NCBI GenBank assembly: GCA_964187785.1
Contig: OZ076412.1
Span: 27,094,001-27,158,000, forward strand
Length of the DNA: 64,000 bases
Direction of reading: 5' to 3'
From: Amphiscolops sp. MND2022
Taxonomy: Eukaryota
Position 1 is the stretch's first letter. Every line of letters begins with the position of its first letter. A program made the translations under genes and the position numbers. The notes under the pieces were generated by a model. The model did not search any database. It saw nothing but the letters and a program-made list of their open reading frames with translations, and had not been told where the DNA came from. Positions 1 through 12,285 of the stretch are shown here, in pieces.

Positions 1-489
1 TGAATTCATGAGATTTTGCTCAATTATTTTACCTGAGAATGCTGAAGAAACTTTGCTCTTTGTTAGCTTTATCCTGATTTGGCTTTAGCGCCGATTTGAG
101 CCGTTTCCCAATTGTTCCTCGTCAAACGCCATTCACATGCTTTGCAACATTAGCGGAAAAAAGATAGGTTCGTTTGTTGCAAGTCAGAAAGTATAATAGC
201 AAACTTTCAGTGTGCAGTTTTATTGGTTTTTCTGTAAGTTTCAACAAAATTTTTCCGACAATCGATGATTACTACTCTACCTCCAGCTCAACCATTTTTA
301 AAAATTTTTTTAGCCTTTCGTGGTTTTCCAAATAACAATATTCAATAAAAGTTGAGCAACGTCTAAAGTGAAAAAAAAGTTGGTTCATTGTTTTTCGAAT
401 TTATAAAATATGAACTTGAAGAATAAGCAAGTGAATAAAAACGCAGCAATATATACAGTACAGTCTTATGAATAGATCAATATAAACAA

Positions 490-1980
490 TCAAGTGGCAC
501 AAAGATGGGAAAAAGCACCTGAAACGAGTTTCTGGACGACTATGGGGGGAATATAATGACTCAGAGTGTCGGCGGACTGGGAAGATTTTGGCAACGTCTC
601 TCTAAGGTGTTTGTGACCCGCGTTTTCAGCTACTTTTTGCATGTTTGTGTTGCCAACTTTAGAAGGAATCGTCACTTCTATAACGACGCCCCCTGGTGGC
701 ATAAACGTGCTCATCACGTGACCTGCACCATGTATGGCAAAAAATATGTCGGTCTTGCTCATGAGCTCAATTTGCTGTTTTCCTGACAAAGTGTCTAGCT
801 GAACCTCCGTGATATTTATTCTGTCTTGAAATTGTCCCATGGTTGATAAAACTTCCTTCTCGTTGGAAACTTTGCGTGAAATTTTCCCAGCTGGGTTTCC
901 CAAATGATTCACATAATCGCGTCTCCAAACTGCAGTTAACCTTAAGGAAGAGCAGTTTCTCGGAATTGGATTTATTCCTAACTTTTCATAGGCCTCTTGA
1001 CGGAAGGTAGAGAACATTGTACGTATAGCAACAGATCGGGTTTTGAGGAAAAGACTGTGACGTCTGTGGAAACGAGCGACAAAGTTGGAAGCAAAAACAT
1101 TTTTTGGTGGTCTTGTTTGGTTGAAGTCTGTCAGCTGATGAACTTGGTCTTTTCCAAAAAACACGTGCCAAAAACTGTCTGTTGGGCTTGCAGGATGTCC
1201 GTCCAACCAAATAATGTGAGTGACGTCATCAGATGATGCTACATCCATACTTTTGATGATATGAAATACGTCGAATATGTCAATGACTGCCCAGAACGGA
1301 TTTGCGTACTCGCTCCGAATGATGCCAACCAGCCAATCAAAAACAAGGAAAGGAGGCGCTGTAGGTGACGTGGTTTGATATGAGAAGCTAACTTCAGAAA
1401 GATATTGGATCTGAAGATCGGCAGTGCACCCTATCTCGACCTTTGACAGTTTCACTGGGGGATCATCGCTCTTTTTACAAACCTGAGACAAAAAAGGGAG
1501 CTTGAAGTAGAATATTTCGCCTCTGTCTTCGGTAGATTTGGAAACCTCGTTGGTTGAAATTAAAGCATTTCGCAGAATTGTAAACTTAGTTTCAGTAGAA
1601 ACCAACTTGCCTGAAAATGAACAGATATCACCTTTCAAGTCTGCAAAATTGGGCATAACGTTTTGCCTATTTTGCCCCGTAGTTTGAGAATGCTGGTTCT
1701 TAGATTCAATTTTTTCACTGTCAAGTTTAGGACTTTCGGTTTCTGGTTGCCTTTCTTGGCCCCTAGGTTGGATATGTTGGTGTTTCTGATAAAAAGTAGG
1801 TAAAGATGAGTCTTGAGCTGCTTCTTTAGCCAGAAGAAAATCAGATAAATCGGGTTCCGTTGCACGATGTCTGCTGAGAGATAGAGCAAGCAGGAAGAAG
1901 AGGTATATAAACACTAGTAAATAAATCCATGATCTAATTTTAACAATCGGGCTCTTCATCTGATGGCAAATTGACACCAT
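490..1980 (-). CDS. Glycosyltransferase family 61-like (EOGT/POMGNT2-like) type II membrane protein, single coding exon
   Basis: Uninterrupted ORF. The track start at 2010 is GTG; the first ATG is at 1980. N-terminal TM segment WIYLLVFIYLFFLLALSLS, low-complexity stem, and C-terminal GT61-like motifs WRRDY..H..NP.GKISRKVSNE and QIELMSKTDIFFAIHGAG. Confidence 0.85.
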   Translation of the reverse strand: MVSICHQMKSPIVKIRSWIYLLVFIYLFFLLALSLSRHRATEPDLSDFLLAKEAAQDSSLPTFYQKHQHIQPRGQERQPETESPKLDSEKIESKNQHSQTTGQNRQNVMPNFADLKGDICSFSGKLVSTETKFTILRNALISTNEVSKSTEDRGEIFYFKLPFLSQVCKKSDDPPVKLSKVEIGCTADLQIQYLSEVSFSYQTTSPTAPPFLVFDWLVGIIRSEYANPFWAVIDIFDVFHIIKSMDVASSDDVTHIIWLDGHPASPTDSFWHVFFGKDQVHQLTDFNQTRPPKNVFASNFVARFHRRHSLFLKTRSVAIRTMFSTFRQEAYEKLGINPIPRNCSSLRLTAVWRRDYVNHLGNPAGKISRKVSNEKEVLSTMGQFQDRINITEVQLDTLSGKQQIELMSKTDIFFAIHGAGHVMSTFMPPGGVVIEVTIPSKVGNTNMQKVAENAGHKHLRETLPKSSQSADTLSHYIPPIVVQKLVSGAFSHLCAT

Positions 1981-3016
1981 CTTTGAAGTATCGCGGGAGG
2001 CGACTAGCACGAAGAGAAGAAAGAGAACAAGAAAAGAGATGGAAGAGAAATCAGCTGAGAGATTTGAACTTGATCACTGAATTACTGGGTCTCTACTGGG
2101 CAAGTACGTTGATGCTGACATTCACTGCATTATACCAATTGCCAGTGCGATGTATGAAATCATGGGTTGTCTTGTTTCTTGGGTTCTACGGTATAAATTG
2201 CACACCTTAGTTGTACAAATTGATGCTCGTGATGACGTTGCAGTCGTAGGTATTAGTTATAAAGCAAAAATGTATAATACGTTCAATCAAAGTTTAACGG
2301 TGGTTAAACACCAATCACAGTTCGTCAACATAGTACATAAATTATAACTTGAGTAAATTGAGTCGGATAATTTTGGTTTACATTCAACTAAGCGATGAGA
2401 AAGCATACAAAAACTAATTGTATCCTTAGTGGTTCTTCAGTCAAAAGACAACCAAGAAGATGCAAAATTTTATTACTCTCCGACAATAACTTTCCAAATC
2501 TCAATCAGAAGAAAGTCCAGTTACCTTTTATAGTATACTGAAGCTTCAAAAAGTTTCGACTATAACGTATGGATGCATTTGCTTAGTTTACGTCTCCAGC
2601 GAGAAATGGCTTTGTTATGTTTTTGGCGTTTTTCCTACAGTAGCTTGAAAGATTCCTTGAGGAGAGTTTAGAAAAGAACTCTACAACTTCACAGGCTCTC
2701 TCTGTTTTTTTTTGTAAAACAACATTATTAGTTTGGAAATCTCAAAGAAAATTTGTGGTACGTTTCAATTTTGACAATAAGATGCTTTTCAAAGCGAGCA
2801 GTCCGTTAAAGACAATTCCTAGTAAAACGTTTTGAAGCTGTGAACATCTGCTATGAACTTCCAACCGCAGCTGGAAAATGTTCCCATTTTCACAATATTT
2901 TTCTCGTGTACGCAAAAAATGTGGGGAAACTTGAAAATATTGGGTCCACAAATGATTCTAATCTTTGTTTTCTACTTCTTGCCAGATTTGCCGCCAATTT
3001 ATTAGGCTCTTGCAAC

Positions 3017-3482
3017 CAGAGATGGAACTAAGCACGTGATTAAATGCTTACGGGTCGGGTCGGGCCGGGCGGGCTTATAGCCGGGCTTTTTCGAGATTAC
3101 ATTTTTTCGGGCCGGGTATAACAATTCGGAAAATAAATCGAAAATTTATGCATTAAACTGGGCTAAGTAAATTTCATCAGTGCTCAAAGTGAACGAGATT
3201 TTAGTCAATCGGGTCTTATTCGCACAGCTCGTAGAGCCCAAATGTTTGCCAAAAAACCGCCCGATCTTGAATGTTTGAATTCTGTGGTAAAAATGGGATT
3301 TTTGTATTCTCATGATGCTTATACCTGATTATCATTTACAATTTACTTTCGGGTATCAAATTCGTTTTCGGCCAGTTTCGTCGGGTTTTAGAAATGTTTA
3401 AAAATTTCGGGTCTTGTTAGAGGTTTTGAAACGGGCTCGGGCCGGGCTTCGGGTAGAAAACCATGACCCGGTTCCAACTCTG
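3017..3482. mobile_element. hAT-like MITE
   Basis: 12-bp TIR CAGAG(A/T)TGGAAC (3017-3028 and 3471-3482). 8-bp TSD cttgcaac/gttgcaac (7/8 match). Subterminal GGGCCGGG/CGGG repeats. No ORF. Confidence 0.8.
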
Positions 3483-4504
3483 GTTGCAACTAATCAAAGA
3501 TTTAGTTGACAGCTCGATAGCCAAAATTATGGAAAAGGTCTAGTTGTAAATTGGAAACAAGCATTCTTTCGACACTTATAAGAACAAGGTAGAGCATGAG
3601 GTTTACAGTATGAAGAGACCATTTCTGTTTCCAAACCAACTCACGATACATCAGTCATATCAAGAATTTGGGGTATAATTGCTGGCGGATTACTAAGTTG
3701 CGATTACTAAGACAATGCAGCAATTGTTATGTTCAGAGCATCAAGCCAAGTATTTCCAGTTTATATTTGAGGTTTTGCAAAAGGCTAGCGCTAAATGTTT
3801 GTCATACTGCAAAAATTTGGGGACTGAAATTTTTCATGGCGAAGTTCTAGCGAAAACTATATTTCCAGTGTTTGAGACCACTTTTCTCTAATTTCAGTTC
3901 TTCACCAAAAAAATATAGCCTGAAAGAATAATTATGCTCTGTAGAAAAGACCAGCATGTTAATCAAGGTAATAATTATTCAAGATTTTGTTCGGTTCACT
4001 ATCATTTCAACCCACGTTCCTTTCATCCCGAATTCACTTCACCCCATGTACTTTTCACCCCTTTCATGTTTTAACTCCATTAAAAAAATTTCAAATGCGT
4101 TCCAGTATAATAAAATAAACGTCTTGTATCCGATTACCAGTTAGATAAACAAACGATGCATGCAATGTCAACCACGACAACGGAACACAAAAGTTTAACT
4201 CAAAGGAATTGCAATACTTGTAAACAAGACGCTGACTTTCTCACTTTCTGTCAATCGTTTAAAAATTAGCTCGTGTTGCGCGATCGATTGTTCAGTCATT
4301 GTTGGTGGCAAATTCGCCTGAACGTTGAAACCAAACGGTATTCAAAAGGCTATTTTGGAAATCAAGTTAGATTTAAAAAACCTCGAATTTGCAATAAAGG
4401 AGTCGAAATATCCTATTTTTCCCAATTTTTGATAACAAACGCCCCCACATACTCCTGAATAAAAACCTCGTAGGCTCAGCATTGAAACATGTAGATATCA
4501 GCAC

Positions 4505-4873
4505 TGTCGTAAGCTTTGTCCGTGTGTCCATCATTAGGACGTTTTTGGACAAGTTCACTTTTCGAATTATTTCTGGTCTTTTCATTTCGCAGAACTTCGG
4601 TATTTAATTCCGGTCTCACGGCCGGAACGTTCCATCCTTTCTGTGTCAGATGTCCCGATTCGGCCATGATGGCATTTCGGATTTGGGGCAATACCAGACT
4701 ATCGATGACATCATTAATTGCCCTCTGAATCTGAACACTGACACTATTCATCATCTCATCCATCTCCTTTCTTTTGTTTTGTAGAGGTAGGCATTGAAAA
4801 AAGTCCGAGCAAAAATGTTTGAATTAGTTCTGTTCGGAAATCTATGTTGGATTTATTGAACAACGAATTGTTT
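4505..4873 (-). mobile_element. 3' part of a Gag-containing LTR (solo or 3' LTR), cut by the scaffold gap
   Basis: ORF 4476-4763 (MDEMMNSVSVQIQRAIND...KAYD) resembles the LTR-borne Gag N-terminus at 36588-36917. Similarity stops at ...TACGACA (4505), the position equivalent to the LTR end in the HD|MVTG junction, and no PBS follows. Confidence 0.6.
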
Positions 4874-5073
4874 NNNNNNNNNNNNNNNNNNNNNNNNNNN
4901 NNNNNNNNNNNNNNNNNNNNNNNNNNNNNNNNNNNNNNNNNNNNNNNNNNNNNNNNNNNNNNNNNNNNNNNNNNNNNNNNNNNNNNNNNNNNNNNNNNNN
5001 NNNNNNNNNNNNNNNNNNNNNNNNNNNNNNNNNNNNNNNNNNNNNNNNNNNNNNNNNNNNNNNNNNNNNNNNN
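4874..5073. other. Assembly gap (200 N)
   Basis: Exactly 200 N. The round size suggests a scaffolding join of unknown true length. Confidence 0.99.
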
Positions 5074-5379
5074 CGGAACTGCATCATCTTGGAATTCCAT
5101 GAAGTATGGGATGCGTTCAAACAGGGCCATTTTCCAAAACAAATATTAACATCAAAGGACAGCTCAGGAAGTTAGCCTTACAATAATACGCAAATAGTAT
5201 TTTGACAGAATATTAATAAAAGCACTTCAAAGTTGTTTACAGCGGAAGGAATGTAAACTATTCAACGGCACGTGCCCACGTTTACAAGCAAATTCAACAA
5301 ATTGACAACACAGTTTCACAGTTTCATGTAATAACAAAAAAAAACGAAATCAGTAAAATTCAGCATTATGACCCAGTAC

Positions 5380-6161
5380 GGCCATTTGACTGAGCAACCG
5401 GTAATAGGAGTAGCCGGAATAGGCCTAGGGACAGATATTGAGATTACTGCTGGTCTTTATTAATTACATCAATTAGGTCCAAAGTGGCTTGTTAACGTCT
5501 TCTAATATAAACATAGCGCTACATGACTTCAGATTATCAAAATATTCATCCTTTACATCATTATAAATAACAATTAGCTGAATGGCCTGAACCGGCCATT
5601 TGCCTAATGTCTTGCACGAAAAGCACACAATATCGTCAAGCGGCCATATCCGGCCAACTAAATTGAAAATGTACACAACACTTTACATTTTACCGGTCCT
5701 GAATGGGCTAATTGCCTTATATCAAATAAGCATCATCAAAGTCTGGTTAAACTGCCTTAACCGTCCACTAATAATAAATCTGGGATGATGGGAGTTAATC
5801 CTGCATTAGAGTGGTCATTTTAGCACAAGCACATTGATATTGGTCACTTACAGCAATAATCAGTATAATAGTATCAATTGCACAAAATAGCCGGAAACTG
5901 CCATTTGACTGAAGTATTGGACGGAAGCAACGAAATTACGTCGATAGGCCTTAACCGGCCATCCAATTCGAAAGGTATCAACAACACAATTAATAGCGCG
6001 TTCTGATTGGATAAAATGGCTCTGGCAAGTAACGTCGCCGTGAAAGGATGTTTTAACACTTGAACTCGTTTCCTTTGGAATTGGAAGTGTACCTGGTATA
6101 TTTTCTGCATTGTCGGCTGTAGTTGTGTAGTTAGTGCCATCACAGGCGGCAGCCTGCGACA
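5380..6161. repeat. Putative non-autonomous element with recurring CCGGCC/GGCCATTTG motifs
   Basis: Several CCGGCCAT/GCCATTTGACTGA motifs. It ends in a 25-bp sequence (6137-6161) that is the exact reverse complement of 16224-16248. The left boundary was not found. Confidence 0.35.
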
Positions 6162-6466
6162 AGCACCCACTTTAGAAGGAAGCTGGACGAATCCATTCGT
6201 AAAACTGAATAAAGTTTCGAAAGTGTAAAGCTCTTTTTTCCGAATTTTTTGTCACAATTATTCATTAAGATCCTAGCAAATTAACTAGCTATGCTGTACG
6301 TTTCTTAAAATGAACTATTGAAATTTTCTAGGATGAAAAGTTGAAACACGCTTGACCTTTTAATACCAAATTTTGGGAAATTTTGGAGTGATTCATTAGT
6401 TAGAATGACCTAAGCCTTCAATAGCGACTAAACTTATGTGTTTCCTTTGAAAATAGGGTAAGAAGA

Positions 6467-6668
6467 TGTAGAGGTGAAAGTACAATATCTAGACAGTCCT
6501 AATTAGAAGATTAAGTATCTGCCTATGAACTTTAAAGGACATTCCATGTTATTTAGTTGATGCTACATATACTACAGTACGATAATTGATGATACAGTTT
6601 GTATACGAGAACAAACTCCTTCTTAACTTGAACTTTCTTATCTTCATCCTTATTACGAGTCTATAACA
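6467..6668 (+). repeat. 5' LTR (202 bp)
   Basis: TGTAGAGGTG...CTATAACA. Matches 12077-12285 with about ten substitutions and a small indel. Confidence 0.95.
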
Positions 6669-6676
6669 TGGCGCAG
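6669..6676 (+). promoter_or_regulatory. Primer-binding site (TGGCGCAG; tRNA-Ser-like, tentative)
   Basis: TGG immediately after the LTR end. TGGCGCAG is complementary to a tRNA 3' end ...CUGCGCCA. Only 8 nt match, so the tRNA identity is uncertain. Confidence 0.65.
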
Positions 6677-6689
6677 GCATAGAAGAAAG

Positions 6690-7630
6690 AACAAGAAGAA
6701 TCAATAAAAAATACGAACATCAACAACGGAACTGACCCAACGGCGTTCAACCAAACAACAGTAGAAAGGACTAGAGAAACAAATACAAAATCCCGGTTTT
6801 GTCGGACAGAGAAACTGACCCATCAAAAACCAACCCCAGAATGTGGTGAGAACAGATATCCGAATATATCGATTTGACATACTAGAAAACACTGGTGGAA
6901 TTGATAGAGCAGGGAACTGACTCTATGGACCCACACACCACATATCACATCAAGGGCGATGTCATCTGGGCATTAGGCCCAAAAGCAAAACACGAGATCA
7001 TGCGGGCCCAGTGGGGAAAAGAACTGAAAGACATCAGCCTATAAGAACTGTTGAGAGTTTTCAAAAAGACCTTCTTACCCACCAGAAATGTTTTTCATAA
7101 CAGAGCCCAATTCTTCAACATCAAACAAGAAGACGGTGAGACATTGGATGAATATTGGAAACGGTTGGTAGATACTGAAAGGAAATGAGAATTGCACACT
7201 ATCAAACCCGAAGACATCATCGCCTTTTGCAGCATCTATCAACGACAAGAAAGCCCGGGACAATTTTTATAAAGGCCCACTGAAATTACAGCTGATATTG
7301 GAGACCATAGAGCTACACAACCATAACTGTAAATACGGGGATAAACAAAACAAAACAAAGAGACAGCACAGAAATTCCTCGGAGAGTACATCCGAAGACG
7401 AACAAGTCGGATATACAAAACCCGCAACAAAGAAAAAAGCCACATTTACGGGTAAGAAGAAAACTACCGAGAGAAACTGCCATTTCTGCGGGAAGGCCAA
7501 CTGAACACCCGAACATATCTGCCCGGCACGGAAAACCAAATGCAACAATTGGAAAAAGTCGGAACACTTTGCTAAAATCTGCAGATCCAAAACCGTAAAC
7601 CGGACACATGAAGAAGATACCGGTAGCAAT
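6690..7630 (+). pseudogene. gag: gag (frameshifted) with zinc-knuckle remnants
   Basis: Broken frames between PBS and protease. Contains CHFCGK...H.C and C..WKKVGHFAKIC knuckle remnants at about 7478-7582. Confidence 0.7.
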
Positions 7631-7689
7631 ACGGAGTCTTGGCCAGAAATAGATCATATTCAATTCGTCAATGGCATAAATCGTGTAGA

Positions 7690-10600
7690 CTTTTACAAAG
7701 TCATCCTACTGGTGGAGGGACAACTAATAGAATTCATCATCGACACCGGCTCTCCAGCGACGATAATTCCACCTATTATCAACCCAAAAAAATCAAAGCG
7801 ACTTCAAAGTGTTTCGTTGACGTAAACAAAAATCCAATAAACTTCAAAGGCGAAGCGATGGTTGAAGTCAAAACGAAGAAAACAAAAATAACACCACCCA
7901 TCTTAATAACGGAGAAGAAAAACACTCAACCCCTACTGGGTTTGGATTGGCTAGACAAACTGGAAATCAGCCTACAGGGATGCCACGGAACAAACAACAT
8001 CCGAAACATAACTGCAAGCGAAAAAGGTGAGAAAATTTTCGAAGAGTTCGAAAATTTTTTCGAAAAGAACCACACAATAAAAGATCTAACAATAGATATT
8101 CAATTGAAGAAAGACACAAAACCTATACAACAGAAAGGAAGACCAGTACCCATAGACTTTCAAAAGATAGGAATTAGAAAAGGTAATCGAAAAAAGAAAA
8201 CTTGGAAAAAACGGACAAAACGACCAAATATTGCTTCGTTTCACCAGCCGTCGTAACAATCAAAAACGAAAAATCTGTGCAAATCGCATTAGATTCTCGA
8301 AAACTAAAAGAATCTTGTATGAAAAGAAAGGCAACAATGCCAAACATGGAAGAACTAATCAGCAAAATATCCGCGAAAATCACAAAAAGTAACGACGAAA
8401 TATGGATGTCCAAAATCGACTTAGATTACGCTTACGGACAGGCAAAACTATCCACAGAAGCGTCAAGAGACTGCGTGTTCTCAATTATCGGCGGTGATTT
8501 CACGGGACACTACCGTTTCAAGAAGGGATTTTACGGCCTATCGGATATCCCCACCGTGTTCCAAGAACACATAGACAAAGTTCTAGAATTTAAAACACCA
8601 GTCTGGCTAGATGACATTATAAAGACGAGGGATGACGAGGGAAAGAAAAACAGAATTATTCAAAAAAGAACTAACCTGTGGTTGTGATACCAGATAAACC
8701 AAAACGGGGTAAAACCATTTCAAGATAAAACAGAAGCAATAACGAAATTGAAAGCTCCCACAAATATCAAAGAACTAAAATAGTTCTTGGGCTCAATACA
8801 GCATCTATCAAAGTTTTTGAATAACTTTTCCAAAAAGACAGATAGGATGAGAAGGTTACTAAAAAAAGACGTAAAATGGGAATGGACAAAAGAAATAAAT
8901 GATGGTTTTGAAGAATTGAAGAAGTAAATAACTGAAGCACCATGCCTAGCACATTTCGATCCAAAAAAAAGATAACTTCAAAACAACAGATGCCTGTAAT
9001 ACTGGACTGGGGGCGAACCTATGGCAAAGAGAGGGCGAGATGTTTAGACCCGTGGCCTTCGCAAGTAGATTCCTTCGCGATTGCGAAAGGAAATATGCCA
9101 TAAACGAATTGGAATTACTGGGTGTCTTATGGGGTCTTCAGTATTTCAGGTATTACGTATACGAAAAAAAGTAAATCTCCTGACCGACCTTCAAGCACTA
9201 CAGCCATAGCTAAAGCGTAACAGAGCCCACAAACAATATAGTGCGAGACTCACACGGTGCTTTGACCGGTTGAGCCATTTCGGTGTGAACGTACAATACA
9301 CCGCAGGCAAGAATATCCCGCTAACGGACTACCTAAGCCGACACCCGATCGCTCAGGAACACGAAGCGGAAGCATCATGCGAAAACGAAGGAGAGGTCGA
9401 AGAAAAATTCATAATCAACCAGATATACGGCCTATTCGAGTTCAACCGCGCGAACGACAGTAACACGCAACACATCCGACGACCGTCATCGGCATCTAAT
9501 TCTGACCAAACACAACACAGGAAAAGAACACCTGAACAAACCAACAACAGAAATTCAATTCAAACTCTTCCACCGCAAAACAACAGTGAATCACCAAACA
9601 GCGCAAACTTTAAAAGCAAAGTACCGCAAATGTCAAAAATGGATAAAGTCAATGGAATTGACATTGAATTCACTCTTCAAAAAACAGGGACATTCTCCAG
9701 AAACAAATAAACTTCGCTCCGAGAGAAATAAAATCCCTCAACCAAACTGGACTAGAATAGTAGGAAAGGTAGCAAAAACGAGCGTCTACAACAATATCGT
9801 CCCTCCCAACAAAACAGGAAAGAGATCGAACGAATTAACATTATGATTTACAATCGATTCTTTCATTACTGCGAAAGTCTGGGGACCACGCCACTGAGAG
9901 AATTCAACGAGAACATTCACGAGTCCTGGATTAACGCATCGTCCGATAGCGAAAGCCAAATCAGCCACGTAAAAACAGAGAAACGCCCAACGAACATTCT
10001 TAGAAAATTCAAAAAACATGAAAGCGTCAATCTCATTAGACTAAAACAGACCGCTAAACGAAACATTCTGCCAGAGAACCGGAACGAAAAAACCGCTGAG
10101 ACAATCAAAAGGGCAGAAAAAGATTTCGCAATGGACCTGCCAATGTTAGTCGAAGAGATAGTACAGGACGCCAAAATATTGGACGCGATTATCGCCTTAG
10201 AAGCCGGGAAAATTTATGGTATTTTTTACCCCTACCACCCACATCGCGAACATCTTGAAACCCGCTTCGGATTATTGTTTTATAACGACAGAATCGTTAT
10301 TCCAGAAGCGATGAGATCAACAAAAATCGCCATGCTGCACCACGGCCATGTATCCATAAACAAAATGGGAAAATCAGCAGAAGCATTCTGGTGGCCGGGC
10401 CTACACCGCGAGATCAGCGACAAAGCAGAAAACTGTCCCAGTTGTCGATCTGCAGGCAATAACTTGAAAACACAATTACCACAATCGGAAATAAATAGAC
10501 TCGAAATTTTAACCGAACCCGGTCAGGAAATCCAACTAGATTTCACCGGCCCAATAAAATCAATATCTCGCGGAGATGTTTTTATTCTAGTCGCTATTGA

Positions 10601-11877
10601 CCGTTTTAGCAAGTGGCAAACGCTTCAAATTTGTTAAAGTACGGACACTCGAACCGTAATAAAATTTTTAATAAAATATTGTACCGACAACGGAACGCCG
10701 CGAATCATACGTACAGACAACGGCAGTTGTTTCAAAAGCCAAGAATTTAAAGACTACTGTAACGGCTAAAACATAAAGAGAATACGGTGTACTCCAAATT
10801 TACACACGGGAACCGGATTGGTCGAAAGAACAATTCGCACGATTAAGTCATTAACTAGAGCTAACTTGGAGGACGGCCTAACTTTTGTAGAAATCGTAAG
10901 TATGGCAGTTAAAACATTTAGGCAAACACCACATAATACTCTGAAAATGACACCTTTTCAATTACACTACGGGAGAAAACCACGCACGCCGATCACAAAT
11001 CTGATTGGCCAGCCCGCCTGCCTATTATCGGACTGGAAGAAAACACTAACAAATTACATTTCTGCACAACCTGTAGAGCTACAAGTCTTTACAATCCATG
11101 ACTCCGATGGAGAATTGGTTGACTACTTGGTATTCAATGAGTCAAGAAAGAGGGGCCGATCGGTAAGCGACAATTTTAAAAATCATCAACTCTTTGAAAA
11201 AGAAACCAAGCCGAATGCAATGAAGTGCAGATTTAAAACCGACAAAATGTTTACTGCGGCTAAAGAAACCAAACATACTATAACAACAACCGACGGGAAA
11301 AGGGAAAACCATCCACAAGAAACTGGCATCTAATCCCTCTAAATTTCAGCTATCAAAGAAAACAGACGAAACAAGGAAGCCTACCAAACGATGTACCACG
11401 TGCGGGCGTTTCAGCAACGAAGATCTGTGCGATGCCCATAAAAGAGTCAAATTGGAACAGCAAAAACAATCAACAAGCACCAAGACCTTCCCGACAATGC
11501 CAGCCAAACAGACCGAAGAAATTCCGGACATCACCATAATCTCCGACAGCCAGTCCTCCCAAGCCGAAGAGCTACAGTCCATGGCAAATATCGACCCTAA
11601 AATCACCGTCACGGCCGATTTCAAGTACGGCGATTGCAACATAGACGAACAAGCAGACAAGCCGGAAGACAGCCAAACACCAGCGATTTCACCACCGATT
11701 GGCTGCAGCACGGAGTTAGAACACCGATGTACCACTAAAGATGCGAACCAAACCCCAACCGGATCACCACAAAAGGACTCGACTTTATTAAATAAAGGTG
11801 TAGTAGAATTTAGTATGGATGATGGGGAAACGACAAAAATATATAGAGGGGAAAAAGGTGGTCCGCAGATCAAATAG
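7690..11877 (+). pseudogene. pol: pol: protease, RT, RNase H, integrase and long C-terminal extension (multiple stops and frameshifts)
   Basis: FIIDTGS (DTG at 7742-7750). KIDLDYAYGQ and WLDD (8604-8615). RNase H motifs TTDAC, PVAFASR, ELELL. Integrase H..H/FWWPGL/C..C, QLDFTGP, TDNG, VERTIRTIK. Confidence 0.9.
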
Positions 11878-12063
11878 CATCAAGACTGCAAAAAGAGTGG
11901 AAAAAATGGGCGGTATAGAATATTTCTGATAACCTCTGAACTATTCCAGATCTAAAACCAAAGAACCAAAAGAAGGTCATACATTTCACTCGCAGCCCAT
12001 CATCCAAAGAAAAAACTGGAACCAAGAACATCCGCGAAGCTCCTGACTGGTTTCCATAATCCT

Positions 12064-12076
12064 AAAGAGGGGGGAA
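12064..12076 (+). promoter_or_regulatory. Polypurine tract
   Basis: AAAGAGGGGGGAA directly before the 3' LTR. Confidence 0.9.
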
Positions 12077-12285
12077 TGTAGAGGTGAAAGTACAATTGTC
12101 GATATAGTCCTAATTAGAAGACTAAGTACCTGCCTATGAACTTTAAAGGACATTCCATGTTATTTAGTTGATGCTACATATATCTTTACTACAGTACGAT
12201 AATTGATGATACAGTTTGTATACGAGAACATACTCCTTCTTAACTTAAACTTTCTTATCTTCATCCTTTTTACGAGTCTATAACA
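12077..12285 (+). repeat. 3' LTR (209 bp)
   Basis: Direct repeat of 6467-6668, followed by TSD GAAGA. Confidence 0.95.

Larger units (their letters stand above)
6467..12285 (+). mobile_element. Full-length degenerate Ty3/Gypsy LTR retrotransposon (5.8 kb)
   Basis: TG...CA LTRs at both ends, 5-bp TSD GAAGA (6462-6466 and 12286-12290), PBS, PPT, and domain order gag-PR-RT-RH-INT. Confidence 0.96.

Noticed and set aside
556-2210. Short plus-strand and alternative-frame ORFs overlapping the GT61 gene
   Set aside because: They are shadow frames of a real CDS with no motifs.
4756-5149. Three ORF-track entries spanning the N run
   Set aside because: They are artefacts of reading through 200 N.
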